DNA of 64,000 bases from Eledone cirrhosa (lineage: Eukaryota), in contig OZ024744.1 of the NCBI GenBank assembly GCA_964016885.1, positions 44,702,001 to 44,766,000 of the forward strand, written 5' to 3'. Both the position numbers and the translations under genes were made by a program. Of the stretch, positions 48,894 to 62,800 are shown piece after piece; the first letter of the stretch is position 1; each line of letters starts with the position of its first letter. The notes beneath the pieces were generated by a model, which saw nothing but the letters and a program-made list of their open reading frames with translations, had not been told where the DNA came from and made no database searches.

Positions 48894-51800
48894 GACCAAG
48901 AAATACCGGGAAGGCGGCCGGCGAGGAATAGCCGTGTCTCTAGGGGAGAACGACCCCTCTAGTCTTGGTTGACACTCGTTCTAGAAGTGGTAACACGAAA
49001 TGATTACCCCTTGGCGGATAAGGATAAAACGCGACAAAATAAAGTAAATGTCTAATGATAAAATCTCATACCGGATCGGCCGTCACCCGGGTAAAAAAGG
49101 GCCGCGTCCCTCAGAGAGGAACCAGACTGGGGTCGAAAAAGCAGCTAATGGTTCAAACCTTCCCATCACTTCGGAGCTGGAGACCTCCCATAACCGGAAT
49201 ACTCCTACTGTTGGCCCTCCATGCTCACCACCAAGAAATCCAAAGAAAAAGAGAGAAAAATGGTCAAGGGAAGATAATAAAGAAGTCCTTGAGGCTTTCT
49301 ACACTGCCATGTACTACCCATCAAATACATCGAATACAGAACTGACATATATCAACTGCAAAAAGAAACATCCCGAAAACAGAGGCTATATTGACAGTAA
49401 CAGACTAGCCAATATACGAAGAAATATTGTAAGAAAAAAGTTACTAACTGATATAGAAATTGATCAGATCAAGCTATTAGCACAAAGTCAGCGAAGGGAA
49501 AATGAAACATGTGTCAGTGAAAACGAGGTAAACTGTAAGACTTCGAATCCCAGGGTTGGGGCGGAATCACTGACAACAGAACAAATTAAAGAAAGGATCG
49601 AAAAAGTGGAGGGAGTGCATGCTCAGGATGAAACTCCAAATGAAAATAATGAGATCGTAAATGATAAAGAAATGAATGAGAATGAAATTGCCAACTTGAA
49701 GGATGAAATTATGATCGAATGGATGAAAATGAAAGAATCTGACATGGGGCAACGAGACACCCTCCCTAAGATCCAGAACTCCAAACAGAACCAAAAGATA
49801 ATACACAAGACTAACATAATTATCAAAAACATTATCATCACAAACAAACTAAACATTACTGATTTAAATCATCTCTATTATGCATCGGCTAAAGTCACCA
49901 CTCACTTATGTGGAGTGAAGATGAAAAAACAAAGGAATTCCCACAAGAAATCTACTTGGCAAGAGAACATCAATCGCCAAATAAACCTTCTCCGATCTGA
50001 CATAGAAATTTTAACAAACTATAAAGTAGGTGAACATGTTAAACAAACTAAACTTAGAAAATTGAAAAAAAAGTACAGTATAAAATCAACATGTGACATA
50101 GACATGCTGATAGAAATAATCAAGCAAAAAGTGTCGGCCAAAGCTCCTCGTATAAAGCGCTTTGAAAACCGATCTAGATTCTATAAGGACAATAATATGT
50201 TCAAAAACAACCAAAGAAACTTCTACAGAAAAATTGGTAAGTCAACAATAACTGCTAAATCAATACCACCCAAGGAGGAAGTGCAAGAATTCTGGGAAAA
50301 GATCTGGGCCGAAGAAAAAGTTCATAACATACATGCCCCATGGATAGACAGACAAATGAAAGATACAGCTCACCTTGAGGGACAAATATGGGAAAATATA
50401 ACAGTTGAACAGTTGCGCTTGGCTCTAAGAAAAACCAGCAAATGGAAAAGACAAAATACAAAACTTTTGGATAAATGCCTTCACAGAGTCTCATGAGCTG
50501 TTAGCCCAACTTTACAATGAAATAGTTAAGGAGCCAGAAAAGATACCATCATGGCTAGTTAACGGCATTACATTCCTGCTTCCGAAGAATGATGAGACAA
50601 ACAATCCCAAAAATTACAGACCGATAACTTGCTTGACCACAATGTATAAAATGTTAACATCAGTCCTAACTGAATACACATATGACCACCTGATAACAAA
50701 TGACATATTTCCCATTTAGCAGAAAGGCTGTAAACGAGGCTCATATGGCTGTAAGGATCAGCTTCTGGTTAACAAAATGATACTGGAAGATTGTCATAAT
50801 AGACACAAAAATCTATCGATTGCTTGGATAGATTATAAAAAAGCATTTGATAGTTTGCCACACAGTTGGATTGAAAAATGTTTAGAGATTTTCAAAATAT
50901 CCCCCGTTATCAGGAGGTTTTTGTCATTCAGTATGAAGACATGGAAAACGACACTCCTTTTTAATAGTGAAACAAAATCACTGGAAGCTGGAGAAGTTAA
51001 TATTAATTGTGGAATTTTTCAGGGTGACTCTTTATCACCACTTTTATTCTGCATCGCACTTATACCATTAAGTAAAATGCTCAATGACACAAAACATGGA
51101 TATAAAGTCTATGACAAAACCATTAATCACCTGTTATACATGGATAACCTGAAACTATTTGCAAAAAATGATGAACAATTGCAAGGGCTATTATCCACTG
51201 TTGAGCAGTTCAGTGATGACATTAAAATGGAGTTTGGACTAGATAAATGCGCCAAAGCAACGTTCACCAAAGCTGGTGAAGAGTTCAGACATTAATCTTG
51301 ATCGGGGGAACGTGATAAGAGAACTTGATCAAGAAAAAACTTACAAATATCTAGGTGTTTGTGAAAGAGACGGAATCAAGCAATCGACAATGAGGGAAAG
51401 GATAAGGAAGGAATGTTACCGCAGAGTAAGAGCAATCTTAAGAACGGAATTGAATGCAAGGAATAGGATCGATGCCATAAACACGCTTGCCATACCAGTA
51501 GTAACCTACAGTTACAATGTCATCAACTGGTCAAGCACAGAGATCCGTAGGCTCGATACAAAAATTCGAAAATTCTTAACCATGCACAGAATGCATCACC
51601 CTAAGGCAGATATAGATAGAATATATCTCCCTAGGAAAGAAGGAGGACGTGGGTTAATCCAGTTAGACATTGCGTTGAAAACTGCAACAATTGGATTATC
51701 TACATATCTAAGGGAATCACATGATTGGATGATCAAACTCGTTTTGAAACACGAAAGCATCAAAAGATCATACTCCATTACAAAAGATGCACAAAGTTAC

Positions 51801-52823
51801 AGTAATGGCCTACACATTTCAGAAGTCCCATTTACTGCTGAAATGGAAAACACAGAAAAAGCAAAGCAGGTAAAAGTAACTGCAAAGAAAGAACTGCTAC
51901 AGAAACTGGCTAAGACATGGCAAGAAAAGCCTCTGTATTGAAAATACCCAGAACGAGCTAACAATCCTGATGTTGACAAAACTTTAACCCATCAATGGTT
52001 GGCATCCTCTGGACTGAAATCGGAGACTGAAGGACTGATTATATCAGCACAAGATCAGGGTCTGCCAACAAAAAAATTACCAAGCCAACATAATAAAAAA
52101 TGGGTGCAGCCCATTATGCCGTGTATGCAAAAAACAACCAGAGACCATTGACCATATAATTTCAATGTGCAGTCCTATAACTCCAACCGAATACCTAAAC
52201 AGGCATGACAGAGCTGCACAATACATACATTGGATAATGTGTAAGCATTTTGACCTGCCCCATCAAAAGAATTGGTGGGAGCATCAACCACCTCCCATAC
52301 TTGAAAAAGATCACATCTCAATCTTGTGGAACTTTAGCATCCAAACAGACCGAAAAATAGATGCAAATAGACCTGATATAATATTGAAGGACTTTCAAAA
52401 GAGGGTATGCCTGCTAATTGATATGTCTGTTCCAATAGACAAGAATGTATCTATAAAAACATTTGAAAAATTGAGCAAGTATAAGGACCTGGAGATAGAA
52501 ATTGGAAAAATGTGGAAATTGAGAACTAAAACAATACCAGTGGTTGTAGGCGCTCTGGGAATGATACCTAAGGGGTCTAATGATTACATATCGCAAATCC
52601 CAGGAAACCCGCGTATAGGAGAAATACAAAAGATAGTACTAATGGGAACTGCCCATATACTAAGGAAGATTCTGTCAATATAAGTACATCACAAGTCTAA
52701 ACACTAAAGATGCATGTGTGAATATGTATGTTCTTTCTTGAACATGGCGGACCTTGTTGTCTCTTGAGGTCACTGGTTGTGACTTGGTGATAACTCGTAT
52801 GAACATAAAGCAAGATAAATGCA
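48894..52823 (+). mobile_element. Family A full-length copy A2 (pseudogenised)
   Basis: 5' UTR plus ATG at 49048 (KWSREDNKEV..Y N-terminal motif); frameshifts and stops near 50447, 50718, 51270, 51940, 52075; YMDN in place of YMDD; same 3' UTR as A1. Confidence 0.9.
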
Positions 52824-52845
52824 ATAATGATAATAATAATAATGA

Positions 52846-53637
52846 TAGAGATCCACAGACATGGAACTGGTTGAAAAGAGGAGACCTTAAAAAGGCTACA
52901 GAAGGAATGTTAATGGTTTCGCAGGAGCAGGCCCTCAAAACGAAGTGGTTGAAACACCACATTTACAAGGAGGAGGCTAGCCCACTGTGCAGGATCTGTG
53001 GAGAGAGAGAGAGGAGACTGTGGCTCACATTGTATCCGAGTGTAAACACCTAGCCCAGACTCACTATAAGGGCTCGAGACATGATGTGATGGGCAGGGTG
53101 ATCCACTGGCACCTATGCAAACTAAACAATTTACCACATTCTGAGAAGTGGTATGAACATAAGCCAGAGGCGGTGATAGAAAACGATCAGGTGAAGGTGC
53201 TGTGGGATTTTAGGATACAGACGGACAAGAAACTGGAACACAATAGACCTGACCTGGTGGTTTGGACAAAGAAAAAAGATTGTGCCTGATTGTGGATGTG
53301 GCCTGCCCATTCGACACGAGACTGCCAGAGAAGGAGAGGGAGAAAATTAACCGATACCAGGACTTAAAGTGGGAGGTAAAAAGGATTTGGAACTGCCATG
53401 AAGTCAAAGTGATCCCGATTGTCATAGGCGCACTAGGGACTATCTCAAAAAGTTTCCAGGGACGGTTAAAGAAAATTGGCCCCTTCACGCTTTTTGGAAC
53501 GCTTCAAAAGGCATGCTTGCTGGGAACAGCAAGAAACCTCCGATACGTCCTGAATATCTGAGGCTGCAGGTAGTGGCGTGATATTCATTTCAACAAACTT
53601 TCCAGTTAACTAACATCAATGACTGAGACTCAAAGAG
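52846..53637 (+). mobile_element. Family B 3' fragment (frameshifted) between (TAA)n-like tracts
   Basis: Homologous to 36611-37399. Confidence 0.9.
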
Positions 53638-53644
53638 TAATAAC

Positions 53645-53713
<69 letters not shown>

Positions 53714-53718
<5 letters not shown>

Positions 53719-55903
53719 TGTATAAAATTTTAACATCAGTCCTAACTGAATACACATATGACCACCTGATAACAAATGACCTATTTCCCATTGAGCAGAA
53801 AGGGTGTAAACGAGGCTCATATGGCTGTAAGGATCAGCTTCTGGTTAACAAAATGATACTGGAAGATTGTCATAATAGACACAAAAATCTATCGATTGCT
53901 TGGATAGATTATAAAAAAGCATTTGATAGTTTGCCACACAGTTGGATTGAAAGATGTTTAGAGATTTTCAAAATATCCCCCGTTATCAGGAGGTTTTTGT
54001 CATTCAGTATGAGGACATGGAGAACGACACTCCTTTTGAATAGTGAAACAAAATCACTGGAAGCTGGAGAAGTTAACATTAATTGTGGAATTTTTCAGGC
54101 TGACTCTTTATCACCGCTTTTATTCTGCATCGCACTTATACCATTAAGTAAAATGCTCAATGAAACAAAACATGGATATAGAGTCTATGACAAAACCATT
54201 AATCACCTGTTCTACATGGATGACCTGAAACTATTTGCAAAAAATGATGAACAATTGCAAGGGCTATTGTCCACTGTGAAGCAGTTCAGTGATGACATTA
54301 AAATGGAGTTTGGACTGGATAAATGCGCCAAAGCAACGTTCACCAGAGGAAAGCTGCTGAAGAGTTCAGACATTAATCTTGATCGGGGGAACGTGATAAG
54401 AGAGCTTGATCAAGAACAAACTTACAAATATCTAGGTGTTTGTGAAGGAGACGGAATCAAGCACTCGACAATGAGGGAAAGGATAAGGAAGGAATGTTAC
54501 CGCAGAGTCAGAGCAATCGTAAGAACGGAATTGAATGCAAGGAATAGGATCGATGCCATAAACACGCTTGCCATACCAGTAGTAACCTACAGTTACAATG
54601 TCATCAACTGGTCAAGCACAGAGATCCGTAGGCTCGATACAAAAATCCGAAAATTCTTAACCATGCACAGAATGCATCACCCTAAGGCAGACATAGATAG
54701 AATATATCTCCCTAGGAAAGAAGGAGGACGTGGGTTAATCCAGTTAGACATTGCGTTGAAAACTGCAACAATTGGATTATCCACATATCTAAGGGAATCA
54801 CATGATTGGATGATCAAACTCGTTTTGAAACACGAAAGCACCAAAAGATCATATTCCATTACAAAAGATGCACAAAGATACAGTAATGGACTACAAATTT
54901 CAGAAGTCCCATTTACTGCTGAAATGGAAAACACAGAAAAAGCAAAGCAGGTAAAAGTAACTGCAAAGAAAGAACTGCTACAGAAACTGGCTAAGAAATG
55001 GCAAGAAAAGCCTCTGTATGGAAAATACCCAGAGCGAGCTAACAATCCTGATGTTGACAAAACTTTAACCCATCAGTGGTTGGCATCCTCTGGACTGAAA
55101 TCGGAGACTGAAGGACTGATTATATCCGCACAAGATCAGTGTCTGCCAACAAAAAATTACCAAGCCAACATAATAAAAAATGGGTGCAGCCCATTATGCC
55201 GTGTATGCAAAAAACAACCAGAGACCATTGACCATATAATTTCAATGTGCAGTCCTATAGCTCCAACCGAATACCTAAACAGGCATGACAGAGCTGCACA
55301 ATACATACATTGGATAATGTGTAAGCATTTTGACCTGCCCCATCAAAAGAATTGGTGGGAGCATCAACCACCTCCCATACTTGAAAAAGATCGCATCTCA
55401 ATCTTGTGGAACTTTAGCATCCAAACAGACCGAAAAATAGATGCAAATAGACCTGATATAATATTGAAGGACTTTCAAAGGAGGGTATGCCTGCTAATTG
55501 ATATGTCTGTTCCAATAGACAAGAATGTATCTATAAAAACATTTGAAAAATTGAGCAAGTATAAGGACCTGGAGATAGAAATTGGAAAAATGTGGAAATT
55601 GAGAACTAAAACAATACCAGTGGTTGTAGGCGCTCTGGGAATGATACCTAAGGGGTCTAACGACTACTTATCGCAAATCCCAGGAAACCCGCGTATAGGA
55701 GAAATACAAAAGATAGTACTAATGGGAACTGCCCATATACTAAGGAAGATCCTGTCAATATAAGTACATCACAAGTCTAAACACTAAGGATGCATGTGTG
55801 AATATGTGTGTTCTTTCTTGAAGATGGCGGACCTTGTTGTCTCTTGAGGTCACTGGTTGTGACTTGGTGATAACTCGTATAAACATAAAGCAAGATAAAT
55901 GCA
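53714..55903 (+). mobile_element. Family A copy A3 (5'-truncated, near-identical to A1, frame open to 55763)
   Basis: Matches 30351-32540 with only a few substitutions; (TAA)n on both sides. Confidence 0.92.
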
Positions 55904-55933
<30 letters not shown>

Positions 55934-55935
<2 letters not shown>

Positions 55936-58900
55936 TTTCTTTATTAGCCACAAGGGCTGACATCAAGAAAAACATCACAGACGGAACAGGACGGTACGAT
56001 GTGGGTTTTGTGCGTGTAAATATTTTTATTATTTATATGAGAAAAGAAAAAAGACGTAAAACATATATATATATATATAAAATGAAAATTGAAACACTGA
56101 AAAATTCCCCAATAGGAGGGAAACCTCCGAGGGTTACTAATGGCGAAAACCACACAAAAGACCACGGCCACCCTGACTACCAGGGAAAGCGCCCTCTCTC
56201 AATTCTTCCATCTCTCAAACTACAGACGTATATTCAGAGTGGTCCCGTTCACTCGGACCATTCTCGCTACATTCACCCACCTTTCAACAATGCTAGAAGG
56301 CAGCACTTGCCTCTCCACCCTGATTTTCCTCTTCAAGTGAAACTTGAAAAAGTTAATTAGGGATTCGCCGAAGAGGAAAGTGTTTGTCTTAAATCCTTTT
56401 AACCTTGTCCACCACACAATCTCTTTCGCCATGGCCACCAGGCAGATGAAAACCGCCTGCCCTTCCTCCTCAAAGGAAGACGGCGAGACCATCTGCACAA
56501 TGGACTCAATCGACAACTGGATCAGTCCCACACGTGACAGCAACTGTTCGACATAGCTCCACAAGTCAGCAATGCTCGGGCACTGAACGAGTGCGTGCAC
56601 AACGGTTTCGTCGCTATGCGCGCATCTCGGACAGGCTCGGCTGACGGCACTTCCGTGCCTGTAGAGCTTATCTCGAACCGGCAGCGCTCCCCGGAAGCAC
56701 TGCCAGGCCAGGGATTTTTGGAAGTTATCCATAGTCCCCGAGCTGAAAGTTCTCCGGAAGAGAGCAAGCAGCTGATCTTCTTCGACGCCCAGGATCTCTC
56801 CGAGAATGTCGTCGCTCTTCCCCTCCACTAGTCCTCTATAGAACACCGAGGTGGATGTTCCACCGATACTGGTGCCCAACTGGGAGAGGGCAGTGAGCAC
56901 CTTGGGACATTCCAGATTCCAAGCACTATCCCTCGGTCTTTTTCTGACCCAGGACTGCAGCTCCGTCAAGGAGACGAGCTGTGGGAAAATGTGCCTGGCG
57001 AACGGCAACCACACCCGTTCACCATCAAGGAAGCACCATAGATGTTGCAGCTTCAGCGCATGTTTGCGCATCATTAGCCATGGCATGCCCAGTCCTCCAC
57101 GCAACGGGTGTTGACAGAAGATGGATCGTCTGACCATGGGAGCGCGTCCCTTCCACAAAAAGCGGAAGAGGAGGCGTTCCATTTTGGTGAGAGTTGGGCT
57201 GGAGCAAGGGACGACGGTGAGGCGGTAGCAGATGACGGATGCGATGTACGCATTCGCCACTTCCGCCCGGCCTTTCAGGGACAGCTTCCTCTCAGCCCAT
57301 TTTTGGGTGAGGGAGGCCACCCTGCTCGTCACCTCCTTCCAGTTTTTCTCCATCTGGAGGTCCGGTCCGAACCAGACCCCGAGCAATTTAGACGGTCCGT
57401 CCGTCCAACATCCACGACGCTGTCGGACGGCATGGACTTGCCTCTCCAGGTGCCTAACTGCAAGCCCACCGACTTTTCCTGCTTTATCTTTGCTCCTGTC
57501 ACCGTTTCGTATTCCTTGAGAGCGGTGCCGAGCATCTGGACGTGTCTGGTGCTCGACACCACCACGGTGACGTCGTCAGCGTAAGCCGATTCGGATTTCC
57601 CGCATCCTAGTTCGCGTGGGACGCCCCTCATCGCCCCCAGTTTGTGCAGTAACGGCTCGAGAGCCAATACGTACAAGAGGGACGAGAGGGGACAACCCTG
57701 GCGGACTGACCGCATGATGCTGAACGGCTGCGACAGGTGACCGTTCACCCTCACAACTGAGCAGACATCGCTGTACATTGCTGCGATCCAACGCCTGAAA
57801 ACGGGCCCGAAACCGGCTGCCTCGAGTACCGCCGCCAGGTACCGATGGTCGACCCTATCGAATGCTTTGGATTAATCCAAGTTGATCAGGGCCCCACCCT
57901 TGCCAGGTTCCTTAACCACCCTCTCTATGATGTATCGCATGAGGTGGAGGTTGTCGTGTATGGATCTGTCCGGGATGGCGCATGTCTGCGCCTCTCCCAC
58001 CAGACCCTTGACGACAAGCGCCAACCTCGTTGCTAACACCTTGGCCAAAATCTTGAACGCTGCGTTTAACAGGGTTATGGGCCTGAAATTACCAATAACA
58101 TCCCCCTTGTTCGGGTCTTTTCTCAGCAGCGCCACTGCTCCCCGGCTCACAAAACTGGGAATGCTCCCGTTCTGCTGCCAGTTGCAGTAGACGTCTGCCA
58201 AGAGGTCACCGAACAAGTCTGGCATAAATGCATAAAGCTCGTAGGGCAGACCATCTAAACCTGGCGATTTACCTCTGGTGCAGTTAGCCATCGCTTCCCG
58301 TATTTCACCGGCTGTTATTGGCTTTTCGCAACACTGTGCTGCGGTCGTCGACAGCCGAGGCAGTCCGTCGAGGTATGCACTGAAGTCCATGCCCCGATCC
58401 GGGCCGCCGCCGCTCCCGAACAGTTCAGCAAAGTGCTGCTGAAAAGCTTCACACATCCGCTCGGGTTCGAGCATCACGCATCCGTTTTGGTCAGACAAAG
58501 ACCGAATTGTGGCTTTGTTGCCACGTCGCGCCTCCGCCACCCGGGCCCATTGGACGGCTTTTGTCCCCTCGTGTTTCAGAGCACGCGCTCTAGCTCTGAC
58601 AACGCAGCCTTCGTGTTTTGCGTTGAAGAATTGGTCGAGTGCCAATCTCGCCGCAAGCACGTCGGTTGAAATGCTTTCCTAAACGCCTCTTCTAGCTTTC
58701 TGACTAGCTCTCCCTCTACTCTATTTTCCTCTATCACTACTCCTTTGCTAAACCTAATCGACTCTACTTTCATTGCCTTTTTCAGGGCGAACCACCACCC
58801 GTTGTTGACGACCGCTCCTGTCAACGCCCGCTTAACTAATACGCTAATCCGGTCTCTGTAGGCCTTGCGCGCCGAGAAAGACGCGTTCAGCTTCCAGTAA

Positions 58901-61900
58901 CCAGGCCCTTGTCTATGAAGTCTGTCTATGTCGATCTCACAGATCACAAATTTGTGGTCTGTGTAGTCGACTATTTTAAATTGTGGACAACTTATACTAG
59001 CCTTATCTAGTTCCCTGCAGAATATTCTATCTAGATACGATCTGGATGACCCGATACGGTTTGTCCAAGTCCACATTGGCACATTCGGGTGATCCAGTCG
59101 ATACCTGTCAGACAGTTCAAAACGTCTGAGCAGGTTGGTGAGGCTCTTGCACCCTCCTACCCTATCCACTAGCCCCACACGATCCCAGCGTGCATCCAAG
59201 ATACCATTCCAGTCGCCCACTAACACTAAAGAGCGGGACGTTCCAAGAAAGGTCTCTAGACGTCTGAAGAAATCTGGCTGTCCTGCCCCTGTTGGGGCGT
59301 AGACGGCTACTAGCCTGAAAGCATTGCCTTCGCTGCCGGTCACGTCCAGCACCACCGACTTACCTTCTGGGTCCAGGAAAATGGCCCGTATCGCGAGATC
59401 CAAGCCTCTCCGATAAGGACGGCAACCCCTCCCTCCGATCCTGGACGGCTGGGATATGCGTATACATAGTAGCCGCCGAAGATCGGTGCGAAGGCTCGTG
59501 CCTCGGAGATTCTGGTTTCACTGATGGCCACCACATCTATGTTTAGTGACCTGAGGTCATTGAGCAGGTGACCCTGCTTCCAAGATGACCCCAGGCCACG
59601 TGCATTTATACTGCCTATTCTGAGTACAGCCATGCTGGATGAGAAACGGGGAAAATGAGAAAGGGTCACTTACCTTGTTCGTGTGGTGAAGGGACAGTAG
59701 AACCGTCCCTTTCGCTGGTCATGGGTGTTTCCAAGAGGATGTCAGTGTATATCCTCTTGGTAACCGTCCCTCTGAAGTCTCCAACTGCGTTGGGGAATTT
59801 CTGTTTTAAAGGTTTGTATTGTTCTATTGAGATTTCGATGATGCTTAATTTTGTCGGGAGAGTTCTTGGTGTTGGTGGGGTGTAGTAGTTTTTTTCCGTG
59901 ATGTCTGTGTGCTGCTTTATATATTTTACGAGTTCTTTTTTTGCTATGTTTATGGCTGTGTACTTTTTTGGGGGAGGGGTGATTTTTTGCCGTTTTCTTC
60001 TTGTTGCTGTTTGGTGTGTGTGTCTTGTTGTTTTTGCGTTGTTGGTGTTTGTGGTGGTGTTGCTGCAAGTTTCCTTGCTGCCTTTACCCCTCTTTGTATG
60101 CCTTCGCTTTTGGAGGGTGAATCTAAGGGTTTTTTTCTTTTTTCTTTTTTGTGGCAGACTGTTTGCCACGTCACTCCCGCCTCAAACTCCATGTCGGATT
60201 CTGTGTCGTCTGGGAGGGGTATGTGCTCCCCGGCTGTTGGTGGTGGTAGTGGAGCCCTCTTCGGCAATGTTGTTACTGGTGTAGCTATTCAAATGTAGCT
60301 ATTGGTGTTGCCGCTGCTGATGATGCTGCTTTAGTTATCCGTGGCCTTGGTACGGGTGCTACGGACGTTGCCCTCCTACTCACCGTGGAAGGGGCTCTTC
60401 GTTTGTTGCCTGTCCTGCTCTTGGTAGCAGCGGACCAGGTATTGGAAGGAGAGGGACCTTCTTCGCTGTCTTCTGCGGGCAAATGGCCCTGAGGTGACCT
60501 TTCGACCCACAGAGATAACATTTTGGCCGTCTTCCTTCTACACTTATAGGGAGTTGGAGTCCTTCCTCAAAGTCTATGATATCGGGAATAGCCTCGATAC
60601 ATTCCTGGTCAGTTTGTATAAGCATTTGCATGCCTATACCTGACCAGTTCTCTCTCCCTATTTTTTCTATTTGCAGCATGGTCGCCCTGTTCTCAATTCC
60701 AGCAAGGGCAGACGCGGCCAGCCAAGGTATGGGCACGTTGGGTGGGACCTGGGTCACTTTGACCCTCACAATTTTCTGCCCGCAGTAGGAGGGCACCAAG
60801 ACTAACTCCTAACTCTTTAGGGTTTCCAAAGAGTGAGACTTTGCTTCATGGGGGGTGGCGAAAAGTACGTCTACTGTGGCGTACTTTCTGCCTCGGGTGA
60901 TGTGGGTTTTGCGTGGCCAGACGCACCCCAAGGCCTTTTGGATTTGAGCCTCGATGTGAGATTTTGCTTACGGTGCGGTAAGTCACCGTCCGTAGCTGCT
61001 GGTCCTTGAAAATATCGGGTGGAGGTTTCAGGGAAACTCTATTTGCGCTTCTTGTCACCATGACCCTTGCGACTGCCATCTCCTCCTCTGTGACTAACAC
61101 TGTCTCGATATTTCGGGCGACACCTGCAAAAGAAGTGGTCCCTTTTTCAGCAGCACCACTATTGCTGCCGCTACTGGTCTTACTGGTGGTGCTGAGGTCG
61201 GTATTACAGGTATCGGTGTCATTGTTGTTGTTTTCGCTGCTATAGTTGTTGGTGTTGTTTTCGTTGATACTGTTGCTGTTGTTACTGTTATTGTGGCTGT
61301 TGTTATTATTGTTGTTTCTGTTGATACTGTTCCTACTATTATTGTTGTTGTGGCTGTTGTTATTGTCATTGTTATTGTCGTTCTCGACCTTACCGCTGTT
61401 ATTGTTGTTATTGTCGTTCTCGACTTTACCGCTGTTATTATTGTTATTGTCGTTCTCGACTTTACCGCTGTTATTTTTGGTGTTGTTGTTGGTGATGTTG
61501 TTGGTGTTATTGTTGGTGTTGTTTGTGTTAGAAATATTTGTTAATTTTAAATCTGTAACAATCTTCTTTTCCTTTGTAATATTTTCGTTTATATTTACCT
61601 CAGCTGGAACGCTGTCTTATTGACATGCTGATAAAGTCTCCCTCTCTCCGTGTTGTCTGACAGCGCTCTCTGTCTTTTTTGTGTTATCCATGTTTTAAAT
61701 TTTTCAAAAAATATTTTTACCCAAATACCAATAGGACACCCCGTAAAGGGGTGCCGTATTATTTACTAGTGAACCCCTGTATTAGGTGGGTCACTTCTTC
61801 TAAACTTTTATCAAATTTAAAACTTGAATAAAAGGTTTAGAACGGTTGAAAAAGAGGTAAAACGTTGAAAAAGACTGGAGGCGATAAGAAGCGTGGCTTC

Positions 61901-61907
61901 ACCAACC
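55934..61907 (-). mobile_element. Tx1-like LINE T3, full-length, decayed
   Basis: ORF1 fragments with intact CCHC knuckle CYLCGSKGHLRAICP; ORF2 from 59633 (APE, RT YADD, CPRC..ETVVHAL); termini in (TTA)n, as for T1. Confidence 0.9.
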
Positions 61908-61947
61908 AATAATAATAATAATAATAATAATAATATTAATATTAATA
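61908..61947. repeat. (TAA)n microsatellite, right border of the array
   Basis: Directly visible. Confidence 0.95.
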
Positions 61948-62519
61948 AAAAGGACAATTTGTTATGTCTTCATTACGTTTATTGAGTAGTGAGGCGCGTT
62001 TCACTATTGATCAGCTCACCCAACTTTAAAATCCCCCCTTTACAAGTGCCCAGATTCTTTCACTCAACAACAAAGAATGAATAAAGAAAAACTATTTATT
62101 AACACATTTAAACCAAATGAAATATGTAATCACTCCCATTAGATTCTCTCTCCCACAAAGAGACCTGTGCCAGACCGCACACACACACGTGTGTGTTATT
62201 TTATATATACACTCTCCTACGTCCACACTCATACTCGCTAAAACCATATCCCCAAAATAGAATTTCTTTTACAAACCTACTGTTGCCAATCTCATAGAAT
62301 TTATCTCTATCTTACAATTACCCCTCTTCGCCACCCCATCCGACCACTTGACCAGTCCATTAACACAATTGAGATACACACAGATATTAAAAAATTAAAT
62401 ATATATCATGTAAGATGGATGAAACGTGCGTTAATTAAATTATGATATAATCAACAACATTTGGTCTTATTTACAATGTAGTATTTGTTCTACGTGTCTA
62501 CATAAACATTTGTATTAAG

Positions 62520-62800
62520 CAAGGGCCTTGTTTCAGGGGAGGTACCAGGGGACAAATCCCTCACCCCCACATTTTCAAATGTCTGTGTTTTATTTTTTGT
62601 TTATTTGATATAATAAATTCTTTTTAAGCTTATTTTTTTGTTATATCTGAGCTTGATTTGAATATATAAAATTTAATTAGCGTAAAACTTTACTTATGTG
62701 ATAGGGTCCGGGAAAGGCACTATAAGCAATTTATGCTCCTTTAAGAATCAACAAATGTTGGTTTGTCCCCCTCACATTTTTAAGGCAAACGAGGCCCCTA
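62520..62800. mobile_element. 281-bp hAT-type MITE
   Basis: Imperfect TIRs caagggccttgttt / aaacgaggccccta, with an 8-bp TSD gtattaag at 62512-62519 and 62801-62808. Confidence 0.8.

Noticed and set aside
53619-55763. 714-aa ORF with N-terminal poly-Ile fused to RT
   Set aside because: Chance in-frame read-through from the family B 3' UTR across (ATA)n into truncated copy A3; no evidence of a real fusion gene.
29109-61947. CRISPR-like or telomeric interpretation of the repeat-separated array
   Set aside because: The 'spacers' are kb-scale LINEs and the repeats are simple TAA; there are no cas genes and no TTAGGG tracts.
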